Below, piece after piece: positions 1-11,552 of a stretch of 64,000 bases of DNA. Made by a program: the position numbers and the translations under genes. This stretch comes from Candidatus Zixiibacteriota bacterium (GTDB taxonomy: Bacteria > Zixibacteria > MSB-5A5 > DSPP01). The notes beneath the pieces are model-generated. The model was not told the DNA's origin and searched no databases. It was given only the letters and a program-made list of their open reading frames with translations. Numbering within the stretch: position 1 is the stretch's first letter; each line of letters begins with the position of its first letter. The stretch lies in NCBI GenBank assembly GCA_022614805.1, contig JAKEHY010000024.1:1844-65843 (forward strand), read 5' to 3'.

Positions 1-22
1 GGATAAAAAGGGGCAAAGCATA

Positions 23-2470
23 ATGGCCAGGGAAGAAGTAAAGCTGGAAGATGAGGGACTGAAAAAAGAGTTTGGCGGACTGCCGGTTCTGCCTACCCGG
101 GGGGTGGTGGTTTTCCCGGCCTTTTTGACCCCCCTGATGGTCTCCGACCAGCGTTACGCCCGGCTGATTGACGAGGCGGTGATGGCGGGGCGGGCCATCG
201 GACTTTTTTCCCAAAAAAACGAGGAGGAGGAAACGGTCGCCCCGGACGGGATTTACACGGTCGGCACCCTGGGGCAGGTCATCAAGATGCTGCGCTTTCC
301 GGACGGTTCGGTCCGTTTTTTGGTGCAGGGGCTTTCCCGCATCCGGCTCAAGAAATTCGTTAAAACCGAGCCGTACTTCACAGCCGAGGTGGAGGAAATC
401 CCCGAGCGTTTCGAAAAAACGGTCGAAGTCGAGGCCCTGGTGCGCAACATCACGGATTCCGTCAAAAAAATCGTCGGTTTGGCCCCCTACCTTTCCGAAG
501 AGCTGCAGATTTCCGCTTTGAACACGGAAGACCCCGGCAAACTGGCCGACTTGGTGGCCAATTCGCTCAATCTGCCGGTGGCCCAGAAACAGGAGGTCTT
601 GGAAACCTACGACATCCGGGAGCGGCTGTTCAAGGTGCATAAAATCCTGCTCAAGGAATCGGAGGTTTTGGAGCTTTCCCGCAAAATCCAATCCGAAGCC
701 GCCTCCGAGATGGGAAAATCGCAGAAGGAATACATCCTGCGGGAGCAGTTGAAGGCCATCCAGAAGGAACTGGGGGAATCGGACGAGCGCACCGCCGAGC
801 AGGAAGAATTCACCAAAAAAATCGAGGCGGCCAAAATGCCGCCGGTGGCCTTGGAGGCGGCCCAAAAGGAGCTGGAGCGGCTTTCCAAAATGAACCCGGC
901 CTCGGCGGAATACATCGTCTCCCGCAACTATCTGGACTGGCTGGTGGTGCTCCCCTGGAGCCGCTCGACCACCGACGTTTTAGACATCAAGCAGGCCAAA
1001 AAAATTCTGGACGAGGACCATTTCAATCTGGAAAAGGTCAAAGACCGGATTTTGGAGTTTTTGGCGGTGCGCAAGCTGAAAGAGACGCTCAAAGGGCCCA
1101 TACTCTGCTTCGTCGGCCCGCCCGGCGTCGGCAAAACTTCCCTGGGGCGTTCCATCGCCCGGGCGATGGGGCGGAAGTTTTCGCGCATTTCCCTCGGAGG
1201 GATGCATGACGAGGCGGAAATTCGCGGCCACCGCCGCACCTATGTTGGCTCCCTGCCGGGGCGCATCGTTCAAGAATTGCGCCGCTCGGAGGCCAACAAC
1301 CCAGTTTTTATGCTGGATGAAATCGACAAGGTGGGGCAGGATTTTCGGGGCGACCCGGCTTCCGCCCTGCTCGAGGTCTTGGACCCGGAGCAGAACAACA
1401 CCTTTTCCGACCATTACCTGGACGTCCCCTTTGATTTGTCGCGGGTGCTTTTCATCACCACCGCGAACTATCTGGACCCGATTCCGGGGGTTTTGCGCGA
1501 CCGGATGGAGGTCATCGAGCTGCCGGGCTACACCGATTTGGAAAAAATCGCCATCGCCAAAAAATTTCTCATTCCGCGCGAGCTGGAAAACCACGGACTC
1601 AAGCCCGACCAGCTCGAAATCAAAGAAGAAGCCTTGAAGAGAATCGTGCGGGATTACACCCGCGAAGCGGGGCTGCGGAATTTAGACCGCTATTTAGCTA
1701 CCCTCTGCCGCAAGGCGGCCAAAAAAGTGGCCGCCGAGGAGGAAAAGAGAATCATCGTAACCGGCGAGAATTTGTCCGACTTCCTCGGCGCCGCCCGTTA
1801 CTATCCGGAGCTTTCCACCCGCACGTCGCAGATGGGGGTGGTTCCCGGCTTGGCCTGGACCCCTTCCGGCGGAGAGATTCTGTTTATCGAAGCGACCAAG
1901 ATGCGCGGCAAGAAAAATCTGACTTTGACCGGCAATCTGGGGGACGTGATGCGGGAATCGGCCCAGGCGGCCCTTTCCTACCTGCGCTCCTCGGCCAAAA
2001 AATACGGCATTCCGGAGGATTTCTTCGAGCATTTCGACATCCACCTGCACGTGCCGGAGGGGGCCATTCCCAAGGACGGCCCTTCCGCCGGCATCACGAT
2101 GGTCACCGCTCTGGCTTCTCTTTTTGCGGAATTGCCGGTGAAGCCGTATTTGGCGATGACCGGCGAAATCACGTTGCGCGGGCTGGTGCTTCCCATCGGC
2201 GGGTTGAAGGAAAAATGCATGGCGGCCCACCGGGCCGGGATTAAGACCGTGATTTTGCCGGAGCAGAACAAAAAGGATTTTGAGGATATGCCGCTGGAGA
2301 TAAAAAAGGACGTCAAATTCGTATTCGTGTCCACCATCGACGAAGCGCTGGAGGAAGCCATCGATTTTCCCAAGGACAAGCCCAAAAAACTGCCTCGGGT
2401 TACCGTTTCCACCCGCAAAAACGGAAAAACCATCTCCGCCCGCGTTCCGGTCGCCGTCAAAGCGAAGTGA
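23..2470 (+). CDS. lon: ATP-dependent Lon protease
   Basis: LON N-domain, Walker A GPPGVGKT, LDEIDK Walker B, catalytic PKDGPSAG Ser and GGLKEK Lys. Confidence 0.98.
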   Translation: MAREEVKLEDEGLKKEFGGLPVLPTRGVVVFPAFLTPLMVSDQRYARLIDEAVMAGRAIGLFSQKNEEEETVAPDGIYTVGTLGQVIKMLRFPDGSVRFLVQGLSRIRLKKFVKTEPYFTAEVEEIPERFEKTVEVEALVRNITDSVKKIVGLAPYLSEELQISALNTEDPGKLADLVANSLNLPVAQKQEVLETYDIRERLFKVHKILLKESEVLELSRKIQSEAASEMGKSQKEYILREQLKAIQKELGESDERTAEQEEFTKKIEAAKMPPVALEAAQKELERLSKMNPASAEYIVSRNYLDWLVVLPWSRSTTDVLDIKQAKKILDEDHFNLEKVKDRILEFLAVRKLKETLKGPILCFVGPPGVGKTSLGRSIARAMGRKFSRISLGGMHDEAEIRGHRRTYVGSLPGRIVQELRRSEANNPVFMLDEIDKVGQDFRGDPASALLEVLDPEQNNTFSDHYLDVPFDLSRVLFITTANYLDPIPGVLRDRMEVIELPGYTDLEKIAIAKKFLIPRELENHGLKPDQLEIKEEALKRIVRDYTREAGLRNLDRYLATLCRKAAKKVAAEEEKRIIVTGENLSDFLGAARYYPELSTRTSQMGVVPGLAWTPSGGEILFIEATKMRGKKNLTLTGNLGDVMRESAQAALSYLRSSAKKYGIPEDFFEHFDIHLHVPEGAIPKDGPSAGITMVTALASLFAELPVKPYLAMTGEITLRGLVLPIGGLKEKCMAAHRAGIKTVILPEQNKKDFEDMPLEIKKDVKFVFVSTIDEALEEAIDFPKDKPKKLPRVTVSTRKNGKTISARVPVAVKAK

Positions 2471-2530
2471 GGTGCTTCTCAAACCGTCTCTACATTTCCT
2501 CCCTTTGTAGGGGAGGACCAAGGTGGAGTT
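2469..2530. repeat. composite REP-like element (GTAG-type palindrome plus CCCT/AGGGG palindrome)
   Basis: minus strand TGTAGAGACGGTTTGAGAAGCACCTC next to TCCTCCCT-TTGT-AGGGGAGGA-CCAAGGTGGAG. Confidence 0.55.
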
Positions 2531-2541
2531 AAAATTCCCGC

Positions 2542-2568
2542 TCAACGCTTCTCCTTTTTTACCGATAT
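2542..2568 (+). promoter_or_regulatory. sigma28-like promoter
   Basis: TCAA-N15-ACCGATAT, 10 nt before the ATG at 2579. Confidence 0.45.
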
Positions 2569-2578
2569 AACTAATAGA

Positions 2579-3364
2579 ATGCGGAAACTTATCCTAAGCG
2601 CACCGGGGTTGGCTATCCTCATTTTTTTGACTCTTGCCGGCTGCAACTCCCGCGGCGGTGGCAGCACCGGCCCGGGGGACAACGCCCCCTTCAAAATACA
2701 CGGTATTTTCGCGCGGGATGCCAATTTGACCAACGACAGGGATAAGGCCTATTTTGAATTAACCCGCAACGACACCCTTTTCAATCTGGCTGCCTTTACG
2801 CTTGATACTTTCAAGGTGGATACGACCATTTTTACCACCTATTACCGCCAATCCCCGCCCAACTTTCTGCGTCCGGCACAGAACCATGTCATACATTTAG
2901 TCTATTCCCCAAACACCCTAGATCTCACGACCTCACTTTTTATGCCGGACTCTTTCTTTATTTCTTCAATTACAGGGATTAATCCGGATCATACAAATCC
3001 AGGGGGCACGCAGCAGGCCAACGTAAACTGGACTGCTTCGGCTAACGCGACAGGCTACATTGTGGCTGTCGTTCATGACAGCGCCGCACTATCGAGTCAA
3101 ATCGACACGAGTTTCTTTCCCGATTTTGCCACTTCCACAAGCATACCGCTGGCTGCTTACCGGGATGCGAACAATCAATTGAGAACCGGTCTTTATAGAA
3201 TCTACTTGGTTGCCTTCCGTGGCGGACTTTTGCCTTTTTCCGGACAATCTTTTCCCCTGCCTCCCAATTATTCCGTTGCGGACACGAATTACTCTTTGAC
3301 CGTTGCAGGGAGGATAGTTTCAGCGTTTGTAGCCAAGTACGACACAATCCGTGTTCTTCCGTAA
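2579..3364 (+). CDS. hypothetical lipoprotein
   Basis: signal peptide with lipobox LAGC; beta-rich mature region; no recognised family. Confidence 0.8.
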   Translation: MRKLILSAPGLAILIFLTLAGCNSRGGGSTGPGDNAPFKIHGIFARDANLTNDRDKAYFELTRNDTLFNLAAFTLDTFKVDTTIFTTYYRQSPPNFLRPAQNHVIHLVYSPNTLDLTTSLFMPDSFFISSITGINPDHTNPGGTQQANVNWTASANATGYIVAVVHDSAALSSQIDTSFFPDFATSTSIPLAAYRDANNQLRTGLYRIYLVAFRGGLLPFSGQSFPLPPNYSVADTNYSLTVAGRIVSAFVAKYDTIRVLP

Positions 3365-3517
3365 CACCCTACCTAAGTAATCCAATTGTTTTTGCTGTAA
3401 GCTTCATTTCAACGACCTCCCCGTTTCAAATTCCCCTACTTTTTTTCCCTCAAAATTTTATATCTTACCCCAAGAGGGCAAATTATGCAGGTAGCGACAG
3501 CGTAGAAAGTAGAGGAT

Positions 3518-5641
3518 ATGGCGACGGCAAAGCAGACAATCGGGAAAACAGTGGCCGGGTGGCCGGCGGAGAAATTGTTGGAAATCTATCGGCTGATGTA
3601 TCTGTCCCGCCGGCTGGACGACAAGGAAATCACCCTAAAAAAGCAGAACAAAATATTTTTCCAAATCTCCGGCGCCGGGCACGAAGCGATTCTGGTCGCC
3701 GCCGGGCTGGCCTTGCGCCCCGGCTATGACTGGTTTTATCCCTACTACCGCGACCGGGGGCTGGTTCTTGCGCTCGGAATGACCCCCACCGAGGTCTTGA
3801 TGGAGGCCACCGGCTCCGCCGCCGACCCGAACTCCGGCGGACGGCAGATGCCCTGCCACTGGGGACATAAAAAGCTGAACATCGTCAACCAATCCTCGCC
3901 CACCGGAACGCAGTTTCTGCAGGCGGTCGGCTGCGCCAAAGCCACCCGCTACTACGCCGAAGTTTTGGGAGCGGAAGATAGGCCCTCCAATTTCCATCCG
4001 GACGAAATCACCTATGTTTCCGGCGGGGACGGCGCCACTTCCGAAGGGGAATTCTGGGAGGCGCTCAACTATGCCTGCCTTTACCGGTTGCCGGTGCTGT
4101 TTCTAATCGAGGACAACGACTATGCCATCTCCGTCCCGAAAGAGTTTCAGACGGCCGGCGGCTCGATTTCCAAGTTAGTCGCCAACTTCCCCTCCCTTTT
4201 CATCAAAGAAGTGGACGGCTGCGACCCATTGAAAAGCTACGAGGCGATTAAGGAGGCGGAGCGCCATCTCCGCGAAGGGCGCGGCCCGGCTCTGGTGCAC
4301 GCCCACGTCATCCGCCCTTATTCCCATTCGCTGTCGGACGTGCAGGCGGACTACCGCGCCCCCAAGGAAATTCAGGAGGAAAACGCCCGCGACCCGATTT
4401 TGACCTTCGCCAACTTTTTGGTCAAAGAAAAAGTGCTGACCGAAGCGGAGCTGGCCCAGCTGAAAGAGGAAGTGGATGCCGAAATCGACCAGGCGGCGGA
4501 TGAGGCGCTTGCCTCCCCCCAACCGGCGCCGGAAACGGCCGAGCTGTATGTCTATTCTCCCGATATCGACCCGACTTCAAAAGAGTTCGAATCGGAGCCG
4601 AAATTCAAAGAGGGAACGCAGCCGCTGACGCTGGTCGCCGCCATCAACACCTGCCTGAAAGAGGAGATGGCCCGCAACAAAAAAGTTCTGATTTACGGCG
4701 AAGACGTGGCCGACTGCTCCCGTGCTGAAAGTCTTAACCTCGTCCCCGGCAAGGGAGGGGTTTTCAAAGTAACCATCGGGCTGCAAAAAGCGTTCGGCGA
4801 AGGGCGGGCCTTCAATTCTCCCCTGGCGGAAGCCACCATCGTCGGCACGGCCGTGGGAATGGCCACGCGCGGGCTGAAGCCGGTCGTTGAAATTCAATTC
4901 TTCGACTACATCTGGCCGGCGATGATGCAGATGGTTAACGAATGGTCGAAAATGCGCTGGCGCTCCAACAACGCCAATTCCTCCCCGGCCATCATCCGGG
5001 TTCCTTTCGGCGGCTATTTGCACGGCGGCTCGGTGTACCATTCCCAATCGGGCGAGTCGATTTTCGCCCACATCCCCGGCATCCGCATCCTTTTTCCGTC
5101 CAATGCGCTCGATGCCAAGGGGCTTTTGCGCACCGCCATCCGCACGGACGACCCGGTTCTGTTTTTGGAGCACAAGCATCTCTACCGACAGCCCTACAAC
5201 CGCACCCCTGACCCCGGACCGGATTTCACCATCCCTTTCGGCCGCGCCCGAATCACCAAGCCGGGGAAAAACGTCACTTTGATTACCTACGGCGCTTTGG
5301 TTTACCGCTCCGAGCAGGCGGCGGCGGAAGCGCTGGAGCGCGGCATCGAAGTGGAGGTCATCGATTTGCGCACGATTATGCCCTACGACTGGGAAGCCAT
5401 CGCTGCCTCGGTGAAAAAGACCGGCAAGGTGGTGGTGGCGCACGAGGATGTTTTGACCTGCGGCTTTGGCGCCGAAATCGCCGCCCGGATTGCGCAAGAG
5501 CTTTTCGACTATCTGGACGCCCCTGTCACCCGCGTCGGCGCGCTGGACACCCCCGTCGGCTACGCCCCCTTCTTGGAAGAAGCGATTTTGCCCAGCCCAA
5601 AGAAGGTGCTGAAGGCGATTTTGGACGTGGCGGAATATTAA
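3518..5641 (+). CDS. 2-oxoacid (branched-chain) dehydrogenase E1, fused alpha/beta subunits
   Basis: TPP motif [14 protein letters not shown] loop, EIQFFDY, HSQS, transketolase C-terminal domain. Confidence 0.95.
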   Translation: MATAKQTIGKTVAGWPAEKLLEIYRLMYLSRRLDDKEITLKKQNKIFFQISGAGHEAILVAAGLALRPGYDWFYPYYRDRGLVLALGMTPTEVLMEATGSAADPNSGGRQMPCHWGHKKLNIVNQSSPTGTQFLQAVGCAKATRYYAEVLGAEDRPSNFHPDEITYVSGGDGATSEGEFWEALNYACLYRLPVLFLIEDNDYAISVPKEFQTAGGSISKLVANFPSLFIKEVDGCDPLKSYEAIKEAERHLREGRGPALVHAHVIRPYSHSLSDVQADYRAPKEIQEENARDPILTFANFLVKEKVLTEAELAQLKEEVDAEIDQAADEALASPQPAPETAELYVYSPDIDPTSKEFESEPKFKEGTQPLTLVAAINTCLKEEMARNKKVLIYGEDVADCSRAESLNLVPGKGGVFKVTIGLQKAFGEGRAFNSPLAEATIVGTAVGMATRGLKPVVEIQFFDYIWPAMMQMVNEWSKMRWRSNNANSSPAIIRVPFGGYLHGGSVYHSQSGESIFAHIPGIRILFPSNALDAKGLLRTAIRTDDPVLFLEHKHLYRQPYNRTPDPGPDFTIPFGRARITKPGKNVTLITYGALVYRSEQAAAEALERGIEVEVIDLRTIMPYDWEAIAASVKKTGKVVVAHEDVLTCGFGAEIAARIAQELFDYLDAPVTRVGALDTPVGYAPFLEEAILPSPKKVLKAILDVAEY

Positions 5642-5643
5642 AG

Positions 5644-6264
5644 ATGGCTACTGAAGAAGATCAAAAACTAATTGAAGGGATTCTCTCCGCAAAGGAGCCG
5701 CTCAACAAAGGCATTTGTTGGGAAGAATGGGATGAACGTGAAAATGCGATTGACTCTTTGGAACAAGTTGCAGAATATCTAGATGAAAAATATGTGAATC
5801 GTCGGTTAAAACGCGTCTCAATTGCGCTTGATCATGCTTTTTATTCATTCACTATTTGTGCTATAAAGGGGACAAACTACGAACAAGTTCTTAAAGATAA
5901 AGGTAGCGATTTAATAGGTTTTTGGACGTCTTTAGAGCGGCTCGAAGCTCAGCCGGGAAGATTCGTGTTTAGTGTGCCTGTAGTTATTACCGATGAGCAA
6001 AAGAAATATATAGGAATTATTCATAATTTCGCGAACGATTTCAAACATTTTGTCCCGATGAGTTATCTCATCAAGTTAGAAAAGTTTCCAGAAGCAGTTA
6101 ACAGCGTCATTCAGGTAATCAAGTCAATTTATAGCTCCGGAGACTTTCCCGTTTATCATCTTTCAACTGAACAAAAAGTAAGGGTTCAATCGATTTTTGA
6201 TAAAATAGCCTCTTCTACACTCAGATGGAAAGAGCAAATTGGGGCAGTTTCGAAACTTGCCTAA
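5644..6264 (+). CDS. hypothetical AT-rich protein, possible degenerate HEPN-like domain
   Basis: 206-aa helical ORF, abrupt drop in GC; ANDFKHFVP resembles RNxxxH with R replaced by A. Confidence 0.6.
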   Translation: MATEEDQKLIEGILSAKEPLNKGICWEEWDERENAIDSLEQVAEYLDEKYVNRRLKRVSIALDHAFYSFTICAIKGTNYEQVLKDKGSDLIGFWTSLERLEAQPGRFVFSVPVVITDEQKKYIGIIHNFANDFKHFVPMSYLIKLEKFPEAVNSVIQVIKSIYSSGDFPVYHLSTEQKVRVQSIFDKIASSTLRWKEQIGAVSKLA

Positions 6265-6302
6265 GCCACTATAGCGCAAAACATAAACAGCGAGATGATC
6301 TA

Positions 6303-7094
6303 ATGAGAAGACCAGAATACCAAAATTTTGGGCTTTCACCGAACCGTTCAGAGGAGATTCGGAGAACGGTATCACTTTTTGTAGGAAAGAAGGAAACTTT
6401 AATCGGTATACAAAAATCTCTCAAATATATATTGCTGACACTACTTTTAGTTTATGCGGCTTCTTTTCTATGGAACACTTCGGATAATTTCGTTAGTCGC
6501 ACGAAAATTTTTATAGCGTTGGCGATTGTACCGTTTGTAGTTTATTCGGCTCTTCATTTTATTCTCCCGCGCCAACTTGAAAAGTATAACCCTGAGAATG
6601 TTCCCGGCTATAAAGAACTGAAAGCTTTTGAAGTCGAAGTTAAGAAGTATGACCAAGAGCAAAGAAGATATGAAGAGGAGCAAAGGAGACTCGAATTAGA
6701 AAAAAGAGAGTTAGCGGAGTTAAAAAGAAAACGGTTTTGGCTCGAGCAAGATGGTTATACCTTCGAAAAAAACATTGCTAAAGTTTTCGAACGGTTAGGG
6801 CATAAGGTTCGACTTACCAAAAGTTCTGGAGATGAGGGAGTTGATATTTTTGTAGATGATGACAAAATAGTCCAATGCAAAGCAACCAGGTCACAAATTG
6901 CACCTGCAATTGTAAGAGATTTGTACGGAACTATGCGTGACAAAAAGGCAAAAAAGGGTATAATAGTGTCGACCGGTGGATTTTCCTCCGGGTGCTATGG
7001 ATTTGTTGCTAGACATAAAAACATTCAACTGTGGGATTTGAATAAACTGCTTGAAGTAGCCGGAAAATTGGGCGTAGGATATAAAGATAATTAA
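6303..7094 (+). CDS. membrane-anchored Mrr-family (restriction endonuclease-like) protein
   Basis: two TM helices, coiled coil, then GYTFE..GDEGVDI..VQCK..VRDLYG Mrr_cat motifs; ATG 6303 chosen to avoid overlap with the upstream gene. Confidence 0.85.
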   Translation: MRRPEYQNFGLSPNRSEEIRRTVSLFVGKKETLIGIQKSLKYILLTLLLVYAASFLWNTSDNFVSRTKIFIALAIVPFVVYSALHFILPRQLEKYNPENVPGYKELKAFEVEVKKYDQEQRRYEEEQRRLELEKRELAELKRKRFWLEQDGYTFEKNIAKVFERLGHKVRLTKSSGDEGVDIFVDDDKIVQCKATRSQIAPAIVRDLYGTMRDKKAKKGIIVSTGGFSSGCYGFVARHKNIQLWDLNKLLEVAGKLGVGYKDN

Positions 7095-7210
7095 GACATA
7101 TCATTAGATTTCGAAGAGCTAGGCATACCTCGTTCCTACCTTTCTCCCTATCCCATAGCTGCAAAATACCCCTTGCCGTTTGAGCGGCTTCCGATTTCTT
7201 TGAAGGGACT

Positions 7211-9703
7211 ATGCAAGCCGTAATAATGGCCGGGGGGTTTGGCACCCGCTTGCGGCCGCTCACCGCCAACCGCCCCAAGCCGATGGTGCCGGTGGGCGGG
7301 GTGCCCTTGATGGAACAGGTCGTCCGGCTTTTGAAAAAGCATGGCTTTACCGAGGCCGTGGCTTTGGTTTTCTATCAGGCGGAGCAAATCAAGGAATATT
7401 TCAAGGACGGCAAGCGCTTTGGGCTGAAAATGACCTACCAACTGGCGGAAGCGGACTACGGCACGGCCGGGAGCGTCAAAAACGCTGCGGCGTTAATCAA
7501 AGGAGACTTTCTGGTCATCTCCGCCGACGTTTTGACCGACATCGATTTGACGGCGGCGGTGAAGTTTCACCGCGAAAAGGAGGCATCCGCCACGATTGTG
7601 CTCTCCCGGCAGGAAAACCCGCTCTCCTACGGCATCGTTCTGACCGATGAGGCGGGGAAAATCACCCGCTTTCTGGAAAAACCCTCCTGGGGGCAGGTTT
7701 TTTCCGACACCGTGAACACCGGCATTTACGTTTTGGACCGCGAGGTGTTGGAAAAAATTCCGGACCAGCAGGAATTCGACTTCAGCCAGAATCTCTTCCC
7801 AAAAATGCTGACCGAAAAAGCGCCCCTCTTCGGCTATGTAGCCAAAGGATATTGGAAGGACGTCGGCAACATTGACGAGTACTTCAAAGCGCATAGTGAC
7901 CTGTTGGCTGGCAAAGTTGAGATAGAAATGGCGGGAGATAAATCTAAAAAAGGAAATCTCTGGATTGGGGAGGGGGTGAAACTGGATGAAAGTGCCCAAA
8001 CCGAGGGGACGGTCTGCATCGGCGCCAAAAGCAAAATCGGCCCGAAGGTTTTTTTGAAAAACTCGATTCTCTCCCCCGGTGTGGCAATTGAAGATGAAGC
8101 CCGAATTGAGAACTCGATAATCTGGGAAAAAGCCGAAATCGGCAAAAAATCGAAAATCACCGGCGCCATCGTCGGGGCGGAGGTAAAAGTGGGGGAAGAA
8201 GCCGAAGTGGAGCAGGGGGTTTTGATTTCGGATGAAGCCCAAATCGGCGCCGGCGCGCGTATTTCCCCCAACGTCAAAATCTGGCCCGGAAAAAAAGTGG
8301 AGGAAAAGGCGGTGGTCACCGCCAATCTGGTCTGGGGAGAAAAGTGGAACCGGGAGCTTTTCACCGATTCCAAGGTGACCGGGCTGGCGAATCTGGAAAT
8401 CACACCGGAATTCGTGGTCAAGCTGGGGGCCGCTTTCGGCGCATTGTTGGGAAAAAATTCCACCGTCATCACCAGCCGGGACGCTTCGCCGGTTTCGCGG
8501 ATGATTAACCGCGCCGGGATATGCGGGTTGCTCTCCGCCGGGGCCAACGTGGAGGATTTGCGCCAGATGCCGATTCCCATCGTCCGCTTTCTGCTCAAAG
8601 CGGGCAAGGAGCGGGGGGGAATTTTCGTCCGCCACGCCCTCGCCGATTTGAAATCGACTGACATCGTTTTTTTCGACCAGGGGGGAATGGATTTGCCGGC
8701 TGCCAAAGTGAAATCGGTGGAGCGGCTCTTTTTCAGGGAGGATTTTCCCCGGGCGGAATGGAGCGAGGTGGGGCATCTCGATTTTCCCGTTCGGGTTCTG
8801 GAGGCCTACCGGCAGGAATTTTTGTCGCATTTGGATTTGGAGGCGATAAAAAAAGCCCGCTTCAAGGTAGTCATCGACTACTCCTATGGCTCCGGCTCGG
8901 AGGTCTTTCCCTCTCTTTTCGGCAGCTTGGGAATTGAAACCGTCTCGCTCAATTCCTACCCGGACGTCACCAAATTTTCGCCAACCGAGGAGGCCAAGGC
9001 CAAGGCCTTGGCCCAGCTTTCCTCCATCGTCCGCTCGGTGGAGGCCGATTTAGGGCTTTTGGTTGACCCCGGCGCGGAACGAATCGACCTGGTTGACTCG
9101 AACGGAGGGCAAATTGACCCGGACCGGTTGCTTTTGATTGTTACCGAAGTTTTTCTGGCGAGCAAGAAAGCTCCAAAAATTGCCGTGCCGGTGGTCGCCT
9201 CGATGGAAGCCGAGGAAATCGCCCAAAAGCATAGCGCGGATGTCGTCCGGGTCGGAAATGACCACCTTTCGATGATGAAAGCGGCACGTGAGAATTCGGT
9301 CGGGCTGGTGGGGGGCACCAAGGGAGGGTTCATTTTTCCCGAATTTCAGGTCGGGGCGGATTCGATGTTCGCCGCCGCCAAAATTCTGGAGCTTCTGGCC
9401 AAAAGGGGCAAAAGCCTCGCTGAACTGGCCCGGCAAATCGACCACTATCATCTTCTTTTCGACCGCGTTCCCTGTGCCTGGGGTAAAAAGGGGAAAGTGA
9501 TGCGGAAATTGATGAGTCACTCGGAAAAATCGGAACGCCAGCTTATCGACGGTGTGCGGATTTTGGGTGACGGCTTTTGGATTCTGGGCGCTCCCGACCG
9601 GCGGGAGGCCTATTTTAACCTTTTTGTGGAGGCGCGGGAGGAAAAGAAGGCCAAAAAATTGCTGGATGAATACAAAAAATTAGTCGAGGAATGGCAGAAA
9701 TGA
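7211..9703 (+). CDS. mannose-1-phosphate guanylyltransferase / phosphomannomutase-like fusion
   Basis: [16 protein letters not shown] nucleotidyltransferase motif, FLEKP, hexapeptide beta-helix, PGM/PMM-like domains. Confidence 0.92.
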   Translation: MQAVIMAGGFGTRLRPLTANRPKPMVPVGGVPLMEQVVRLLKKHGFTEAVALVFYQAEQIKEYFKDGKRFGLKMTYQLAEADYGTAGSVKNAAALIKGDFLVISADVLTDIDLTAAVKFHREKEASATIVLSRQENPLSYGIVLTDEAGKITRFLEKPSWGQVFSDTVNTGIYVLDREVLEKIPDQQEFDFSQNLFPKMLTEKAPLFGYVAKGYWKDVGNIDEYFKAHSDLLAGKVEIEMAGDKSKKGNLWIGEGVKLDESAQTEGTVCIGAKSKIGPKVFLKNSILSPGVAIEDEARIENSIIWEKAEIGKKSKITGAIVGAEVKVGEEAEVEQGVLISDEAQIGAGARISPNVKIWPGKKVEEKAVVTANLVWGEKWNRELFTDSKVTGLANLEITPEFVVKLGAAFGALLGKNSTVITSRDASPVSRMINRAGICGLLSAGANVEDLRQMPIPIVRFLLKAGKERGGIFVRHALADLKSTDIVFFDQGGMDLPAAKVKSVERLFFREDFPRAEWSEVGHLDFPVRVLEAYRQEFLSHLDLEAIKKARFKVVIDYSYGSGSEVFPSLFGSLGIETVSLNSYPDVTKFSPTEEAKAKALAQLSSIVRSVEADLGLLVDPGAERIDLVDSNGGQIDPDRLLLIVTEVFLASKKAPKIAVPVVASMEAEEIAQKHSADVVRVGNDHLSMMKAARENSVGLVGGTKGGFIFPEFQVGADSMFAAAKILELLAKRGKSLAELARQIDHYHLLFDRVPCAWGKKGKVMRKLMSHSEKSERQLIDGVRILGDGFWILGAPDRREAYFNLFVEAREEKKAKKLLDEYKKLVEEWQK

Positions 9704-11508
9704 ACGCGTTGCCTTTCGTCATCGGCGCTTTGTGCGTGATGGCCATCGCCTATCGATTTTATTCCGCTTTCATCGCCGCCAAGGTTCTGGCCCTCGACCC
9801 CAACCGCATTACTCCGGCCCATACCCTAAACGATGGGCACAACTATTACCCAACAAATAAATGGGTGCTTTTCGGCCACCACTTCGCCGCCATCTCCGGC
9901 GCCGGGCCTTTGATTGGCCCCGTTTTGGCGGCCCAGTTCGGCTTTCTCCCCGGTTTTTTGTGGCTTTTAATCGGAGTTGTTTTAGGCGGGGCGGTGCAGG
10001 ATTTTGTCATCCTCGCTGCTTCGATTCGAAGAAGCGGCCGCTCACTCGCGGAGATTGCCCGCACCGAAATTTCGCCGGTCTCCGGCCTCATTGCCGCTAT
10101 AGCCATCCTTTTCATCGTCATCATTGCGCTGGCGGGTCTCGGTCTGGCGGTCGTCAACGCTTTGCGCGAAAGCTCGTGGGGGGCTTTCACCATCGCGATG
10201 TCGATTCCGCTGGCGCTTTTCGTCGGACTGTGGATTTACCGCATCCGTCCCGGAAGAATCGTAGAGGGGAGTTTGATTGGGGTTGCCGGCCTGTTTCTTG
10301 CCGTGATTATCGGGCGCTGGATTCCGGGGTCGGCTCTGGCCCCTTATTTCACTTTTGACAAGGCTGAATTAACGTTTCTGATGGCCGCCTACGGCTTTAT
10401 CGCCTCGGTTTTGCCGGTCTGGGTGCTGCTCTGTCCGCGCGACTATCTTTCGAGCTATCTCAAAATCGGCACCATCGCCTTTCTGGCCATCGGCATAATC
10501 ATCGTCGCCCCCACCCTGCATATGCCTGCCTTTTCGGAGTTCGTAGGCGGTGGCGGGCCGATTATTCCGGGGAAGCTGTATCCTTTCGTTTTCATCACCA
10601 TCGCCTGCGGGGCGATTTCCGGCTTCCATTCGCTGGTTTCCTCCGGCACCACGCCGAAGATGATAAACAAGGAAACGGAGGCCCGGATGATTGGCTACGG
10701 GGCGATGCTGATGGAGGGGTTCGTCGGCATCACCTCCCTCGTTGCCGCCTCGGCCCTCTTTCCGGCCGATTATTTTGCCATCAACGTCCCCGCGGAAAAA
10801 TTTGGCACGCTGGGAATGGACCCGGTCAATCTCTCCACCCTGTCGGAACAGGTCGGCGAAAACGTGGCCGGGCGGCCCGGCGGGGCGGTTTCCCTGGCGG
10901 TTGGTATGGCCCAGATTTTTTCCTCCATCCCGGGAATGCGGGGGTTAATGTCGTACTGGTATCACTTCGCCATAATGTTCGAGGCGCTTTTCATTTTGAC
11001 CACCATCGACACGGGGACGAGAGTCGCCCGCTTTATTATGCAGGAGCTTTTCGGCAAGGTTTACCGGCCGTTTGCCCGGACCGACTGGTGGCCGGGGGCG
11101 ATACTCACCAGCCTGTTGGTCGTCTGCGGCTGGGGATATTTCATCCACGCCGGCACCATTTCCACCATCTGGCCGATGTTCGGGATTGCCAACCAGCTTC
11201 TGGCCGCCATCGCCCTCTGCGTCGGCACCACCGTGATTATCAACTCCGGCAAGGGCCGTTACGCCTGGATTACGCTTTTGCCTCTTTCGTTTGTCGCCAC
11301 CACCACCAGCTTTGCCGGCATCCGCTCAATTTTTGACAACTTTTTGCCTCTGGCTCAAAAGCCGGGGTTTGCTTTTCAGGGGTATTTGAACGCCGGTTTG
11401 ACCGCCATTATGATTGCCTCGGTGGTCGTCATTTTCTTCGATTCGCTGCGCCGCTGGGTCAAGCCCCTGAAGTCGGAACTTGCCTATGCCCCGGCGACGA
11501 GCAAATAA
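9700..11508 (+). CDS. cstA: carbon starvation protein A (peptide/pyruvate transporter family)
   Basis: [40 protein letters not shown]; ATGA overlap with the upstream stop. Confidence 0.95.
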   Translation: MNALPFVIGALCVMAIAYRFYSAFIAAKVLALDPNRITPAHTLNDGHNYYPTNKWVLFGHHFAAISGAGPLIGPVLAAQFGFLPGFLWLLIGVVLGGAVQDFVILAASIRRSGRSLAEIARTEISPVSGLIAAIAILFIVIIALAGLGLAVVNALRESSWGAFTIAMSIPLALFVGLWIYRIRPGRIVEGSLIGVAGLFLAVIIGRWIPGSALAPYFTFDKAELTFLMAAYGFIASVLPVWVLLCPRDYLSSYLKIGTIAFLAIGIIIVAPTLHMPAFSEFVGGGGPIIPGKLYPFVFITIACGAISGFHSLVSSGTTPKMINKETEARMIGYGAMLMEGFVGITSLVAASALFPADYFAINVPAEKFGTLGMDPVNLSTLSEQVGENVAGRPGGAVSLAVGMAQIFSSIPGMRGLMSYWYHFAIMFEALFILTTIDTGTRVARFIMQELFGKVYRPFARTDWWPGAILTSLLVVCGWGYFIHAGTISTIWPMFGIANQLLAAIALCVGTTVIINSGKGRYAWITLLPLSFVATTTSFAGIRSIFDNFLPLAQKPGFAFQGYLNAGLTAIMIASVVVIFFDSLRRWVKPLKSELAYAPATSK

Positions 11509-11535
11509 AAATTCCTGATTTAGCTCGACTATTTT

Positions 11536-11543
11536 GCCGATAA
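11536..11543 (+). promoter_or_regulatory. sigma28-like -10 element
   Basis: perfect GCCGATAA 9 nt before ATG 11553; -35 weak. Confidence 0.4.
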
Positions 11544-11552
11544 TTTAGAAAG

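Noticed and set aside
7493-8830. long antisense ORFs (also 13454-14644, 38260-39480, 62741-63793)
   Set aside because: Shadows of GC-rich genes on the opposite strand, with no motifs or RBS.
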